From NCBI RefSeq assembly GCF_009914755.1, contig NC_060931.1: 64,000 nt of DNA; one strand, given 5' to 3'. The position numbers and the translations under genes are program-made. The DNA comes from the human T2T-CHM13v2.0 reference genome, Homo sapiens. Positions within the stretch are counted from its first letter, which is position 1, and every line of letters begins with the position of its first letter. This document shows, in pieces, positions 13,717 through 26,320 of the stretch. The notes below the pieces were generated by a model. The model was not told the origin of the DNA. It was given only the letters and a program-made list of their open reading frames with translations, and did not search any database.

Positions 13717-13905
13717 CAGTGAGCTAACGCAGGTAACTCAGGTAACAGGGCGGTGAGCTAATGCAGGTAACACAGGTGACAGAGTCATGGGCTAATACAG
13801 GTAACACAGGGTAGTGAGTTAACTCAAGTAATATAGCTAAGCCAGGTAACCCAGCTTACACAGCCAACACCTGGCAGTGGGCTAACACAGTTAACTCAGG
13901 TGCTC
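13717..13905. repeat. Degenerate minisatellite (9-bp CAGGTAACN subunit in ~25-35-bp higher-order units)
   Basis: Repeated units such as gtgagctaacgcaggtaactcaggtaacagg / gtgagctaatgcaggtaacacaggtgacaga / gggctaatacaggtaacacagg. Confidence 0.8.
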
Positions 13906-15577
13906 ACCTCGGGCACATCCCCAAGGCCCCTCGTGAGGTGGTCTGATGGCTGTCTACATGTGCCCCTGGACATCTGTATCCTGATGCAGGGGAGCCTGGC
14001 AGGAGAGGGGACCCTCAGACTCTCCCTCAGCCACACAGGGCAGACATCCTCCACGTGGCTTCAGCTGCAGCTGTCAATTGAGTGGTGGGCAAGGCCATGC
14101 TCTGGATAGTCTACCTGGTCCTCGGTGAGGCCCAGCCCCACTGACAAGCATTTGGGGTCTGTTTAATTGCTCAGCCTGTCTGCTGCTATTTGTCACATGC
14201 TAGTATTGGTGTGGCAGCTGCTTCTCTGAGTTCTAGAGCAGGAAAGTCCTGGAGACGAGGCCACTGCCAATGGGGGACCCTGCAGCCTGGAAGGGAAGGT
14301 GCCTGTGTGGTCCAGCCCTAGTGGCAGAAACTTGGGTCTGCTCTGTGTGTTGCGTCTACAAGTGTGTCTGCTTGGCTCCTCACTGACAACAGGAGTCTAA
14401 GAGATTCCTAACAACTGACTAAACAACACAGAGTCTGAGCAAACGTTACAGAAATGGGGGAAATTGCAATGAAATTCTGGAAAAGGAAACAGGCACAACT
14501 GAGACAACATGGAACCTTGCTTCTGAAGGAAGGGGTGGGGTGCTGTCTGGAAAGTTCTAGAAGACAAAGCACTAGCAAAAGGCAAGAACATATTGTGAAT
14601 GACTCAGGAGAGGGATTCTGCAATTTTTTTTATCCACTAGGACAATCCTGTACTGAAGAGAGTGGGGCTCTGGGCAAACCCTTCTCTCCCCGGAGTCTCA
14701 TTATTTTCAGTCTATAGTAGGGCAGTAGTGGGTAAGACGCCGCTAAAGTCCCTTCCAGGACCAGTGCTGGGAGTTTTCTTTGAAGGGACACGGTGGCTGC
14801 TCCTTTCCACCCTGATGGCTTCCTCATGCCTCTTCCTTCCTTGCCAACCCACATCATCTCCCTGGGACTTTGCTTGCAGTCAGCTCAGAGATTGCCTCCA
14901 TGCCTGCATTCCTACTGTGCTGTAAACACAAAGGATTCTTGCCAGATAGGGTGGAGTGGGGTGGGTCTTACCCCTCCTGAGGGAAGCCTATGAACTCTGA
15001 CTCAGTGAGTTAAGGAGAAATACTTCTCAGGTGTGGAGAACACATACGCTGCTGTGTTGAAGGTGGTGCCGGGCAACATTTAAGTCTCCTCCAGGAGCCC
15101 CGGGAGCAGCCTCTGGGGGATGACCTGCACGTGGTCCAGTAACTTGTGTCAGGTTTGCAGGATGTTAGGGCCTTCAAGTTGATTTAGCTCAAAAATATTC
15201 AAACTTCCTTAGCAGCAAAAGTATTCTTTCTCAAACAAGATCTTATATGAAGTCCAAATATATAAAATTTCTATATTAAAGACAGCATTTTGTAAATTTC
15301 TTTATAATTTCTCATTGACGATGCTTATTTATTTGTAATTAAGCCAGTCAACAAAAACGTAAAGGACATTTTGGTCAACCTGGATACTTTCAGTTGTTTC
15401 AATATTTTCCTATCTTGATCTTCCTCATGTGGTTCCAAAAAATTCCAATTCATAAAGATAAGTAGCAATATAATAATTTCTATAATTTTCTTGAATAGAT
15501 ATGTCCAGTTTTGAATTTCAGGGAAATAAAAGAACCTCCTAATCAGAGACATGCCTGAAAGAATTTGACTCGAACTC

Positions 15578-15700
15578 AAAATATCTGAGATGATTGATAA
15601 GCTAATTACCCAAATCTGACCACTATACATTATATGTGTGGAAGCTTCACTCTGTAGCCCATACATATGTATAATTATTATATGCCAATTAAAAAAAGAA
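15578..15700 (+). mobile_element. L1MA-type 3' end fragment
   Basis: gataagctaattacccaaatctgaccactatacattatatg...tataattattatatgccaattaaaaaaa matches the L1MA 3' UTR terminus. Confidence 0.75.
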
Positions 15701-15737
15701 ATTTGAAATATGCTTGTGTAAGAGTCATGAAAGAAGT

Positions 15738-15905
15738 ATTTTTTAAAATTGAGGTAAAATTCACATATCATAAAATTCACCATTTTAACTGTTTTGAGGC
15801 GTACAATTCAGCGGCTTTTACATTCTCAGTGTTGTGCCAGCATGGTCTCTATCTAACTGCAGAACATTTTTATCACCCCCAAAAGAAAACTGACCCTATT
15901 AAGTA
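15738..15905 (-). mobile_element. L1MB-type 3' end fragment
   Basis: ttttaaaattgaggtaaaattcacatatcataaaattcacc...agaacatttttatcacccccaaaagaaa is the reverse complement of an L1MB 3' end. Confidence 0.75.
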
Positions 15906-15949
15906 TGCATATTTTCACTTAAGTTTTGAAGTAGTTACAATATATTAAA

Positions 15950-16210
15950 ATGAAATGAATGCAAACCAGAATAACCAAGATGGTTTTAGGTCATGATAAA
16001 TTCTGTGAAGGGAAAGTGATAACGAATGAGAGGGAAGAAAGACACTTGATTTAAGACCCAGATAATGGGAAGGTGTCAGCAATGGAAGGGGCAAAGGACG
16101 GGCCTGAAGAGGGGAAAGAGAGGGTGTGCAGAAGCCCTGAGGCAGGAATGAATTCAGCAGGTTTAAGTATAGAAATGAGGCCTGTGTGCTTGGAAGGGAA
16201 TGTGCCCAGG
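15950..16210 (-). mobile_element. L2 fragment
   Basis: gcagaagccctgaggcaggaatgaattcagcaggtttaag...gaggcctgtgtgcttgga is typical antisense L2 text. Confidence 0.55.
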
Positions 16211-19200
16211 AAGGATGGGGGAGCCAGAGTGGGCTGCTGGGGTTTGGGGTGCACTTTAGAATCCCCTGAACAATGTGGGAGCTCCTGGCCTGGGGCCTAG
16301 CCATGGTCGCTGGCAAGCTCTGCAGGTGATCCTGGTGAGAAGCCGGGACACAAATACCTGATGGCCGCTGACGGATTTGAGAAGCAGATACGCAAAAATG
16401 ATCTGAGTGTCAACCATAAAACTCAGGAGTTGAGCTTTGTTTCTTCTCAGTCTATGCATATAACACCTTTAAAATGTTTCTTTCTGACATTATGAATCTT
16501 GACTTCATGAAACTAAGAAGAAATATAAAGAAAACAAGTTATTCTGGGTGAAATGTTCTCATGCTGGGTCATTAGCAGTTGCAGAAAAAAAAAAACCCAT
16601 TATCTCCTTGCTAACTATTTTCCAACAACGTTAAAGATTTTATGACATTTATTTTATTGAAAATAATTAGTGCCTGCCGGCCTGGCAGGCAGCTGAGAGG
16701 AAGGCACTGTCCCCAGAGCCCTCTGCTGCAGCCTCTACCCAGGTCCAGGGGCTGCCGTTCCTGCATCTGCGCTTATCCCCGCAGGCGCTTTTGTAGCGGG
16801 TGTTAGTGGCTCTTGGCTGATTAACAAAGATAAGTTTAATTTTACCCTTAGATGGGAACACGGAGATTCAGTCTTATCTGATGCCTGCCAACTTCAGGCT
16901 CTTCTGTCTAAATTATGGGAATTTGGATTTCCTTGGCTGTCCACCATCAGAAATCAGTAGATTTCTGCAAAGGAAACCAAACAGGACTCCAGCTGTCCAG
17001 GTACCATCTGCCAGAAATGGGTTGATGCTACTTCTATTTACAAAAATACTGGCTGTGGAGTGTGTGTCTGTCCCACAAATCCAAGGCTTTCTAGCCTGGC
17101 CCTGGGGGTCCAATGTAGGGAGGGAGTTCAGCTGTGAGGCGCAGGCCAAGCCTGTGCTGTGCCTGGGGGAGATGCTCAGGGACCTGGCAGCCACTCATGG
17201 AAACTCTGCGTGGCACATCCTCAGGAGAAATCCAGGCCACCCACAGCCTGTGGGGCTGTAAGTGGACAATTTGCTGCTTTGAGTCTCAGTTTCCTTGTCT
17301 GAAAAAGGGCCTGATGATAGAGCTTGCTTCTTAATTTCAGCTGTGTTTGTCCTATGCTCTGCCACATTAACTGGGGCAACTTGGTTAGAAGCAACCCTGG
17401 CCCCGACCTGATCCCCTTCACTGTGGGGCCCTGGCCAGTTTTCTATGGGGATGGGAGCCCCCAGCCGGGCTGATCCACAGCTGCCCTCATGGGATTGGTT
17501 GAGTGATGCAGCACTTTGGCCACCATCCCCTGACCACGCCTGGCTCCTAGTGCCCTTGGGGGTCCTGAGCTTTTGGCTGTGGGAGCAGAAGTCCCAAGGG
17601 AGGCTCTAAGAATAGAGTCCTTTCCAAAACTCTCATTTCCAAAGTCTGAACTGACTTTGCAATACTAAATAAATATTGAACGAAGTTGACCTTCTCTCTC
17701 CTGCCAGAATTTTCAGCTTCTTTTTCTAAAATCCATGCTAATAGCTTCTGAACCTTTTCCTCTGCGAGAAACCCCCTCTTTTTCAAAATACTTGCTGAAA
17801 AGTCGATATCTCGTAAAAGACAAATGCATGAAACTACCAGGAACTTAGGAAGTCCAAGGGAGTCTGAGAAAAATCATAACTTGGTAAGAAAATCTTAAAA
17901 AATATTTTTATTAGCTTCTTGAGTAATGGAATTTAGTCAGGACTTCAGACAGAGCCAAATATGAAATTTGTTGTTATTTAATATTATCCAACATGAAACT
18001 GCTCTCCATTTTAAGCAATGGTTTAAATGTTAATTTTCATTAGGGATCTTTCTGCTTTCAGGAAAAATAACAGTCAAACCTAGCGCAAACTTGATTAGGT
18101 GATTGTTTTGCTTAAAATCCCCAGAGATTTAAGGTTAGAGATTTCATTCTCATTGTCCTTTGGCTCTGACCGAGGCTTCTCACCTTTCAGTCTTGCTGTT
18201 GACTGCTGTCTACTGTCTACCTGCCTCCATTCCGTGCCTCCACAACTGCCCCCAACCAGTTTCCAACTGGAGGGGACTGGCTCCTCCATGGAACCCTGGA
18301 AATCTTGCATATATCCACCAGGCCATGTGGCAAGACTGTCACTGTGGCTAAATCCAAATCTTTGCAGAGTGTCTTGTGGTCCTCTTAGACCATGGGATTG
18401 ATCATGGAGGCTTATGAGAAGCTGCCATTTCTCAGTTGCTTCCCTGGGATTGAGGAGGCTGTGGTGAAAGTTTCTCATGGCCTCCTGGCTTCTGACGAGA
18501 CCTCCCTTTGGGCACAGCTACAGGTGATAGAGCTGCTTTGCCACAGGGTGGCAGGGTGTCCCATCCCTCATTCCTGTTGCTGTTGTTTCTGCACTGTCTT
18601 GAACAGGGACCTGGGGAGCTGGCACGTGCAGCTCCTCCTCTTTTTGCCGTTCATGGGCCCAGTAAACTCTCCTGGCCTGAGAAGGGCTCCTTGTTTCTCT
18701 GCCTGCTGAATCAGTCCTGTCAGCCTCTGCTTTGTCTTGTTCTTGATATCTCCTCTCCTCCCTGCTCCCGGCCCTCTCCCTGAGATTCAAGTCTGTGTTT
18801 GGGGCTCTTCACTTGCTCTGTGGCACCTCTTTCTGAGATGCTGCTTGCCTATCCTAACTTCAAACTGTGGAGTGGTCTGTCTTCTCTGTAGTGTCTTTGC
18901 TCTGCCCTGCCCAGCTATGGGCTGGAATCTCCAATGTTTCAAGTGATGAAAGTGGTAGAATATGTCACCTTTGAAAATGGGGAAACTGCCCTGTCTCCCT
19001 CAGCCACACAAAGCACCAGCAGGGGCAGGACACCAGGGGTCTTGGCTGAGGTCCTTTTCAGCTCTGAAAGCTCAGTATCCATCCAGAAGCGCACCAGTCT
19101 CCTTGGGAGCTTTAGAGCAGATGACAAGATTGTTGGATACAGGTGGCCAAAGGAGCCCTTTTTTCTTGGGACATTGAAGAAACAGATTAAAATGCTACCT

Positions 19201-19419
19201 GCACATGTGGTACTTAAAACCCCGCTGTGCTCCTGAATTCCCTCATTCGTAAAATGGTAATACCAATATTTATCTCTCCACCTGTTGAGAGGACCCCAGA
19301 AAGGTGTCTAGGAGGACACTCTGCCCCTCCAGGACCTGCCACCCCATGTCCTATGGGAAAAGCACAGACATGGGATCCGAAAGATCCTAGGTCTTGCTCT
19401 AAGTCTCTCCCTCAACAGG

Positions 19420-19572
19420 TGGGAGAAAACCTTAGTTTTCTTATGTACCATATGAATGTAGCATTAATAGCTAACTTATGAGGTTTCTGTGAAGATCAGT
19501 GAGATTATTAGCAAAAATATATATGAAAGTTCCCAGGCCATAGGAGACACATAATAAATGTTAACTGAATTG
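19420..19572 (+). mobile_element. MIR SINE fragment
   Basis: ccttagttttcttatgtaccatatg...ttaatagctaacttatgaggtttctgtgaagat...atgaaagttcccagg...ataaatgtt. Confidence 0.55.
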
Positions 19573-20199
19573 ATGTTTGAAGTTGTAGGCTTTGCACATC
19601 CTATTGGCTTAAAACTAATTAGAGATACGTGCTCTCACCAGGAAATAAGTACCTAACACTCTTACCACATCGTCTTAGGAAGGCAGTGTGGAGCTGCTTG
19701 ATGGCCTCTGAGTCACATTGCTTCCCTAGAAGCTTATTGGCCAGAGTTGCAAAGTTCTGCTGCCTGAGCCATCTGAGGGCTGTGTCTGCTGTGCTGGTGC
19801 CCATCCATGTTGGAGCAGAAAGGACCCTAGCTGAAGCTCAGAGGCTGTGACTGGAGCCACGACAGGAAGGGCAGGCTGCTGCTTCTGCAGAACCAGAGGC
19901 CTGGGGGAGAGGCCCCAGAGCTCAACACAAAAGCCCCAGATGAAGCCCTAGTGAGGCCAAGTCCTGTCTGAGACTCTGCCGTTGGGGTTGCCTGTGAGTG
20001 GCTGACACTGACCCCTGCCCCCAGCCCCTTTATTGGGATTCTGCTGTTCTCATCCCTGTCCCCTGGTGCAGCTACACACATTTGCTCAGAAAGAGAGCCC
20101 CCAGCAGCTTAGATTTCAAGATTTTCTTGTTGGAAAAACACAACTTTTGGAGAAAATAAAAATGGCAAAATGCTAAATGCTGGTGTGAGCCAAGCATGT

Positions 20200-20420
20200 G
20201 TCAGGCGTGTGTCAGGCACGTGCCACACATATCAGATCATCCTCTGTGTTGTTTCTATGGTTCCTTCCCGCCATGTTGTGAAAGACACATCATTGTTCCC
20301 ACGTTGAAGAGGAAATGGAGGCCCGAAGGGTAAAGTGTGTGTCCACCTTGCATAGCCCATAGAAGGCAGGCCCAGGATGGGTGGCCCTGGTCCTGCAGAC
20401 TCTGAATTCCTTTGCTGTGC
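20200..20420 (-). mobile_element. MIR SINE fragment
   Basis: catcattgttcccacgttgaagaggaaatggaggccc...aagtgtgtgtccaccttgcatagc matches antisense MIR. Confidence 0.5.
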
Positions 20421-21083
20421 TGTGATCACACCCATTGTAATCATGATGCCATAGCCACTGGCACTTGCGTCACTCTCTCAGCCTTAGAGACTGTTCCCCT
20501 GACACTACGTCCTTGGATCTTAACTTAGCCCAGTTGGTAGACAATCTGGTCATACCCATCAGAGGATGAAAGAAGCCCATGGGAAGTTGGCTGCCCTGCC
20601 CTGCCCCTGCCACCTGGGGAAAGTTTGGGAGGAGAGGACTATTGGAGCCACCCATAGGAGAGCCAGGTTGGGACTGCCAATGCAGACCAGGTGTGGTGAT
20701 GCTGTGTGGAGAGTGCCTCTTCCTCCAGGAGAGTGGCTCCGTGTTGAAGAGGACTGAGAATGTGGCTGGAACGGGCAATGAGAACCGTTGTCAGCAGGAT
20801 GTGCCCGTGCTAGGGAGCCTGGTCCCGAGCCCAGGGTTGCGGGTGAGTGGGGAGGGGAGGTGCAGGAGGTTGGAGGTGGCAGAGGAGATGGACCAGCTCC
20901 TTCACTGCATCGGTGGTCCCGATGGTCGACAGGATGGGCTGGATGGGACTGGCAGTGGACAGAGAGAGGAAGTGTGTCTCCGAAGGGCAGCACAGAGCCA
21001 TGTGCCTAGCCGAGGGGCATGCAGGATCCTGAAGCCAGCTCAGAGATGGTGTGTCTGGGTAGCAGGGAACTGGGGCATGTTGC

Positions 21084-21111
21084 AAAAAAAAAAAAAAAAA
21101 AAAAAAAAAAA
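21084..21111 (+). repeat. Poly(A)28 run flanked by 15-bp direct repeats
   Basis: 28 consecutive A. Flanks GGGAACTGGGGCATG (21065-21079) and GGGAAGTGGGGCATG (21113-21127). Confidence 0.9.
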
Positions 21112-21839
21112 CGGGAAGTGGGGCATGCAAGAGCCTGGATGGCAATGATCTATTAAAGATGGAACTCCGGGCTTCTGATACATGACCTGGGGCCCGGAAA
21201 CATTTGGGTGCCCCACAGGACAGAGCATGGTGTGGCAGGGGTGCTTGGGGAGATGACCTCAAGGGGAGGGGAGGCTGGAGAAGGTGAAATTAAGCTGTGG
21301 GAAGTCCCTGCGACGGACAGCTCCAGGTGTGAGGCTTGCGGTTCACAAACGGGTTCACACCTACAGCTGCTTTCACCTGGGTCCCAGAGGACCCTGAGGT
21401 TCAGGAAGTCTCCTGGAATTGCCTGGGGTCACAGGACTTGTAGGGCTAGAGGTCACCAGGCCTGGCTGTGCCCTGTCCTCCCATCCCCTCTACTGACTGG
21501 ACATGTGATTTCCTGTCTACTGCAGAGGGACATACAGGGGGAGGGGCAGGGGTGCAGAGACCGTGGGGTGGAGGGTGCTTTATGGCATGTTTACCCTCAC
21601 ATGATCAATAAGCGCTTTTACCTTAGACCCTCGGAGGCATTTCAAAAACAACTTTCCCAGTGTTAAAATGAGTGAAGTCAGAAGCTGAAGCAGGCATGTC
21701 CGGGCTCCCTCCAGTGTGTGCGTTTTCCTGGCGTCACTGGGCTCCTTGCCCTGCTGGCAGCTCCACACCGGCCCCTCAGCCTGGAGGCAGCAGCCCCAGT
21801 GGTTGAGCCAGGGGTGCTCCCCAAAGGACCCTGTGCATG

Positions 21840-21879
21840 TCCAGTCTAGGGAGAACCAGCCTCCAGTCTAGGGAGAACC
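21840..21879. repeat. Short tandem duplication (18-bp perfect repeat, period 22)
   Basis: tccagtctagggagaacc at 21840-21857 and 21862-21879. Confidence 0.9.
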
Positions 21880-22519
21880 TAGGCTGGCAGACGATGAAGT
21901 CACTTTTATTTCTATTAAATACTGTGCGGCCTGGAATAGGGACACATGTACAGATTTTAAAACCACACTCAGCCAAGACGGTTCAATGATGTGTCAAAGA
22001 CATCTGACAGGGGTCACCTGTGAGAGCAGCTGAGGTTGACCTTTGATGTTGGAGAGTACACAGGACACTTGAGTTTCTTCTTACCCATGACACAAGTTCA
22101 AACCCAGAGAGAAAGTTAAGCCCATTTTAGTCCTTCCTAGTTTATAAGCATGGACCTATTTTCTTCTGAGCTGGGGGAAGCAAAAGATACTGCGGAATTT
22201 AGCTGGGAAGCGCACATTCTCTGAGGTCTGATTGTCCACTCTGGTGCCAAGGATGCTCATGAGCACTCTCTGGCTGTTCCATAGCCAGCTTTGACGTGGG
22301 GCATTCAAGGACATCCAGGGACACGGCTCACCTTTGGGTGTCAGCCAACCTGGGGAGCAAAGATTCCCCAGGCAATGCAACTGTTCAGTCCCATCCACAA
22401 ATGCTTACTGAACACCTTCTACAATTAGTCATTGCACCTCATGGAGTGACAGGGACGTGAGGAATCCATAGCCCTGGGGTCTGGGGGCCAGGTGTACATG
22501 TGTGTGTGATGTTAATGAT

Positions 22520-23152
22520 CGCCTCAGGAGGTGGAGCAAACTCCTCACTCCTCACGTTGGGGCACACAGAGCAGCTTCCATCCACAGAGCACAGCATGGA
22601 AAATGGGAAGGGAGAGGCACTCTATGGTGGAAAAACTAACAGGACCTCCTCCCGGTGGTCAAGGCCAACACCCATAGTGATGAGTCACACTGACAATGTG
22701 TACCATTTATGTGATGTGAGGCCCTTCACCGCTGTGGGCTTCCTCCCCAAACCCATATTTCAGTCTAATCATGAGAAAACCATCAGACAAACCCTATTTT
22801 GGAGACATTCTACAAAATACTTGACCAGTCCTCCTCAAAACTGTCAAAGTTGTCAAAAACCAGAAAAATCCTGACAGCCAAGAACTGCCAAAAGAGATAT
22901 GACAACTAAATGTCCTTGGTATCCTGGCACAGGAGAAGAACGTTAGGCAAAAACCAAGGGAACCTGAGTAATTTATCAATATTGGTTCATTAATTATAAC
23001 AGATGTGCCATACACATGTAAGACATTAATGATAGGGGAAACTGGGTATGGGTTACATGGAAACTCTCTTCACTATTTTCATAAATTTTATTTACTAAAT
23101 TTGTGACTTTTTAATCTAAATCTGTTCCGGAATAAAAAGTTTATTAAAAAAG
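22520..23152 (+). mobile_element. L1MC/L1MD-type 3' UTR fragment
   Basis: cagtctaatcatgagaaaaccatcagacaaacc...gacattctacaaaatacttgaccagtcctcctcaaaactgtcaaag...aggggaaactgggtatggg...aataaaaagtttattaaaaa. Confidence 0.85.
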
Positions 23153-23769
23153 ACCACTCCATCCAGTAGGCAATAGCAGGTGACCTGCCAAAGAGGTGGA
23201 GCCAGTTGGTGGCTGGAGGCAATCGAGATGCTCGGGGGATGGTGACAGATGCATCTAAGACATGACAGTGATGAGGCAGTGTCCCAGACACCAAGGGCGA
23301 CACCCCCAGGAACCTGGACCCTTTACGGTGGCTGAGATCCTTGCAGGATCAGTACAATGAGAGTTATTATGGCTACTCTGACCCATCAGTAACCAGGCTT
23401 GTGAGATTGGCAGGAACCTGGGATAACATAAAGCTATGAAGGCAGAGCCTCAAGAAACCTGAAGAGTGTAGCCAAGGTCATGTTGAGATCAGAGCTCACA
23501 GCTAACAGATAACAACACAGCAAAGGCATGAAGCCCAGCACGAGTGAAGGGGCATCAGTGATGCAGACACCAAGACGACAATAGAAAGGGTCCAGAAGGG
23601 TCGTCCTGAAAATTAAGTTGATGTAAGTGTCTATTGGAGAATTTACCTTTCCTTTGTATCAGCAATCAGCATGCTTGCTCTTTCTGACATAGGGATCCAA
23701 GTTCATTCACTAAAACCAATCTTAGACATAGGAGAGGACTGCTCTTTCTGTCAGATGAGTCCAACTAGA

Positions 23770-23968
23770 GCCTGAAATAAAGCCAAAATGCAAGTTGGCA
23801 AAACTATGGTTTGGAGAGAGACAGACTGCACACACACTTGATAGTGTTTAGTTCCTGGATGGAGCTGTTCCTGAAGTCTACACCTGAGCTTGCAGTATAA
23901 CTTTTGTTTGTATTTTGCTTAAGCCAGTTTGAATGGGATTTATGCTACTTAGAATAAAAGGGTCCTGA
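23770..23968 (+). mobile_element. Old MLT1 (I/J-like) LTR 3' fragment
   Basis: tttgcttaagccagtttgaatgggatttatgctacttagaataaaagggtcctga resembles the MLT1J end. Confidence 0.5.
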
Positions 23969-25539
23969 GAATCTTTCTGCTACTGAGAAAGATCACAGAA
24001 TAGTGAGTGCTTCTGTCCCCAGGGCACTCCTGGGAGGCAGTTTGCAAATGCATTGGGGAGGAGATGAGATTTTCTGAAGTCAGATTGTGGTGAACAGGGC
24101 ATATCCTCAGGAAAGCACAGAATGCCACAGCTAGCCAGGCTGTGAAAGGCTCTCTGGAGCCTGGAATGCCGTCATTGTTCTGAGGTTTTGCATCATGTCT
24201 AAAGTCACTGTCCTGTCCTCCTAACAGGAGAATGGAGTCCCAGAAACCTAGGAGGAGAAGACAAAGTGTCAGCCTCTCGGCATCTGCAGTGTTGCCAGGA
24301 AAAGAGCTCTGATCCCAGGGGCTTACCCACTTCCACAGGTAGGAAGCGTCCCTGAGAGGACTGGAACATTAGCATATCTCAGATCCATCTGCAAAACTTT
24401 TGCAAACACGGAACTCCCTCGTTCTAATCTTATCAGCAACTTCCAGAGCTGAACCTTGATTAATCTGGATACAAAAAGGATTGAAACGCCACATAGTAAG
24501 CATTAACAGGAGGGTGTTTCCTTTATCAATGAAGCTTGATTTATCCATGATGATCTAGTGCATTCTCCTCCCAAAAATCAGGATCATCCTCTGCATATGA
24601 AGGAACAGACAAGCCCTCAGCTCTACCACTTTGGAGAGGGGGGGATTGGACAGCATGAGCCTTCAATTGTATCTCTTGGATGACCAAGGAAGGCTGGATT
24701 TCTGCACCTAAAAAATGGAAGCACAAACTGTACAACAAATACTCTCCATTCAAGTTGAAGTTCTCAAATAAGGTATCCAATTAACCAATGTATTAATAAC
24801 ATTGAAAATAATAATCTCATAGGAAGATTCCAAAAATTTCTGGTTTTATATCTAGCAAAAACTTCATGCACTATGTTTGATTTGTATGTAGAACTCAGGG
24901 TGAACATGCCAGTGACAGTGGCAATGAGAGGGGTAACTGGGGGCCAGAAGCAGGCTGAGGGAGAGGAGAGGAGGGGGCAGAGTGTGCTCAGGGAACCATG
25001 AGCCATGCAGGATAAGCAATAGGGCAGAATAAACAGGACATACCCATCTGTTTATTCTCTCTGTATAATGTTTTGATTCTCTTTGTACCCTAACTAACCA
25101 AGGCACAGCTCAGGAAGTTGCTGCCAGGATTAGAAAAAGGGAGTTGCACATTCTCAAAAAGCAATGGTACAGTGCAAAGAATGGTAATTAATCCCCCAGC
25201 ACACTTGACCCAGCCCCTAAAGAACTTTGTGACCTTGGGCCAGGCAGGCAGCTCCCAGGCTTCTGTTTTGTCATTTTTGACCTCTTCTGGCTGCAGTGAT
25301 TCATTTCCAGATATAGGTTGCTTCAGCTCATCTCAAAGTCTTCTTGTAGCCTGTTCTTTGAGAAATGGTAATATATCTCTTGAAAAGTTTCTTTTTCTTG
25401 CAAAGTCACCCAATTCATGAGTTAATGAGGTCCCACCAGTGATACGATTGCAGAGTCACAAATATCACTAACTGAAAGGAGTAGAAGGAAGGCGGGAATT
25501 GCAGACACACCATGAGTGGGTGGCCTCCAGGAGATACAC

Positions 25540-26015
25540 GTGAGACCAGCCCTGTGGTGGGCCAGGTCAGAAGGACTTCTGCTTAGACTAGGTGGAAACT
25601 TCTCAGCATTCTGAGGAGTACCACCATCTGACTGGCAGTTTGAAGGTATCACTTGGGCTGCTGTATCAAGAATAGACTTCAGAAGACAAGTTGAACGTAG
25701 CAAGACCAGTGAGAAAGGTGTCATAGCCGTCCAAGTGCAGGGTGGCAGTGGAGATAGGAGTTATATTAAGGAGAGAGTCACCAGGATTTGCTGATGGGTT
25801 AGGTGTGGGCTGTGGAAGAAAGATCAAAGTCAAGAATGACTCCAATGACATTGTCCTAAGCAATTGGAATGATGAAATCACAGTTGTTGAGATGGGGAAC
25901 CTGCACATGGAGTGAGTCTGGAGGAGAGATTAGTTGTTTGGCTTTGGCCATGCTGAGTTTCAGATGTGTTTCGACACACATGTGGAGGGGTTACGCTTGA
26001 ATGTCTGAGTCTGAC
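25540..26015 (-). mobile_element. L2 fragment
   Basis: caggatttgctgatgggttaggtgtgggctgtg...agtcaagaatgactccaa...tttggccatgctgagtttcagatg. Confidence 0.75.
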
Positions 26016-26127
26016 TTTTGTATTGAGATGTTCCTATCCTACTTCTTCCTACCTCCACCCTGCAAAGGATGGCCATGGTTATCTTCAGTGCCCCCACAAA
26101 GCTCTGTGCAGATTCCTGGTATGTCAC

Positions 26128-26320
26128 ATTTATTTCAAATGGCTTTACTGAGATGTAATTGATATATAGTTCACCCATTTAAATTGGACAATTGAATGGT
26201 TTTTAGTATATTCACAGAGTTTTGATCATGTGTAACATGGTCTATTTTTAGAATATTTTTGTCACCCCTTCCCCTCTAAAAAACCTCATAGCCATTAGGA
26301 AACATTCTCCATTTCCTAGC
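26128..26320 (-). mobile_element. L1MB-type 3' end fragment
   Basis: gctttactgagatgtaattg...ttcacccatttaaa...aattgaatggtttttagtatattcacagagtt. Confidence 0.75.

Noticed and set aside
13717-13905. CRISPR-like repeat-spacer array
   Set aside because: Degenerate tandem units without unique spacers, in mammalian DNA with no cas genes.
20559-21666. Cluster of 140-190-aa ORFs including poly-K/poly-F
   Set aside because: Chance ORFs in GC-rich DNA; the homopolymer tracts come from the A28 run.
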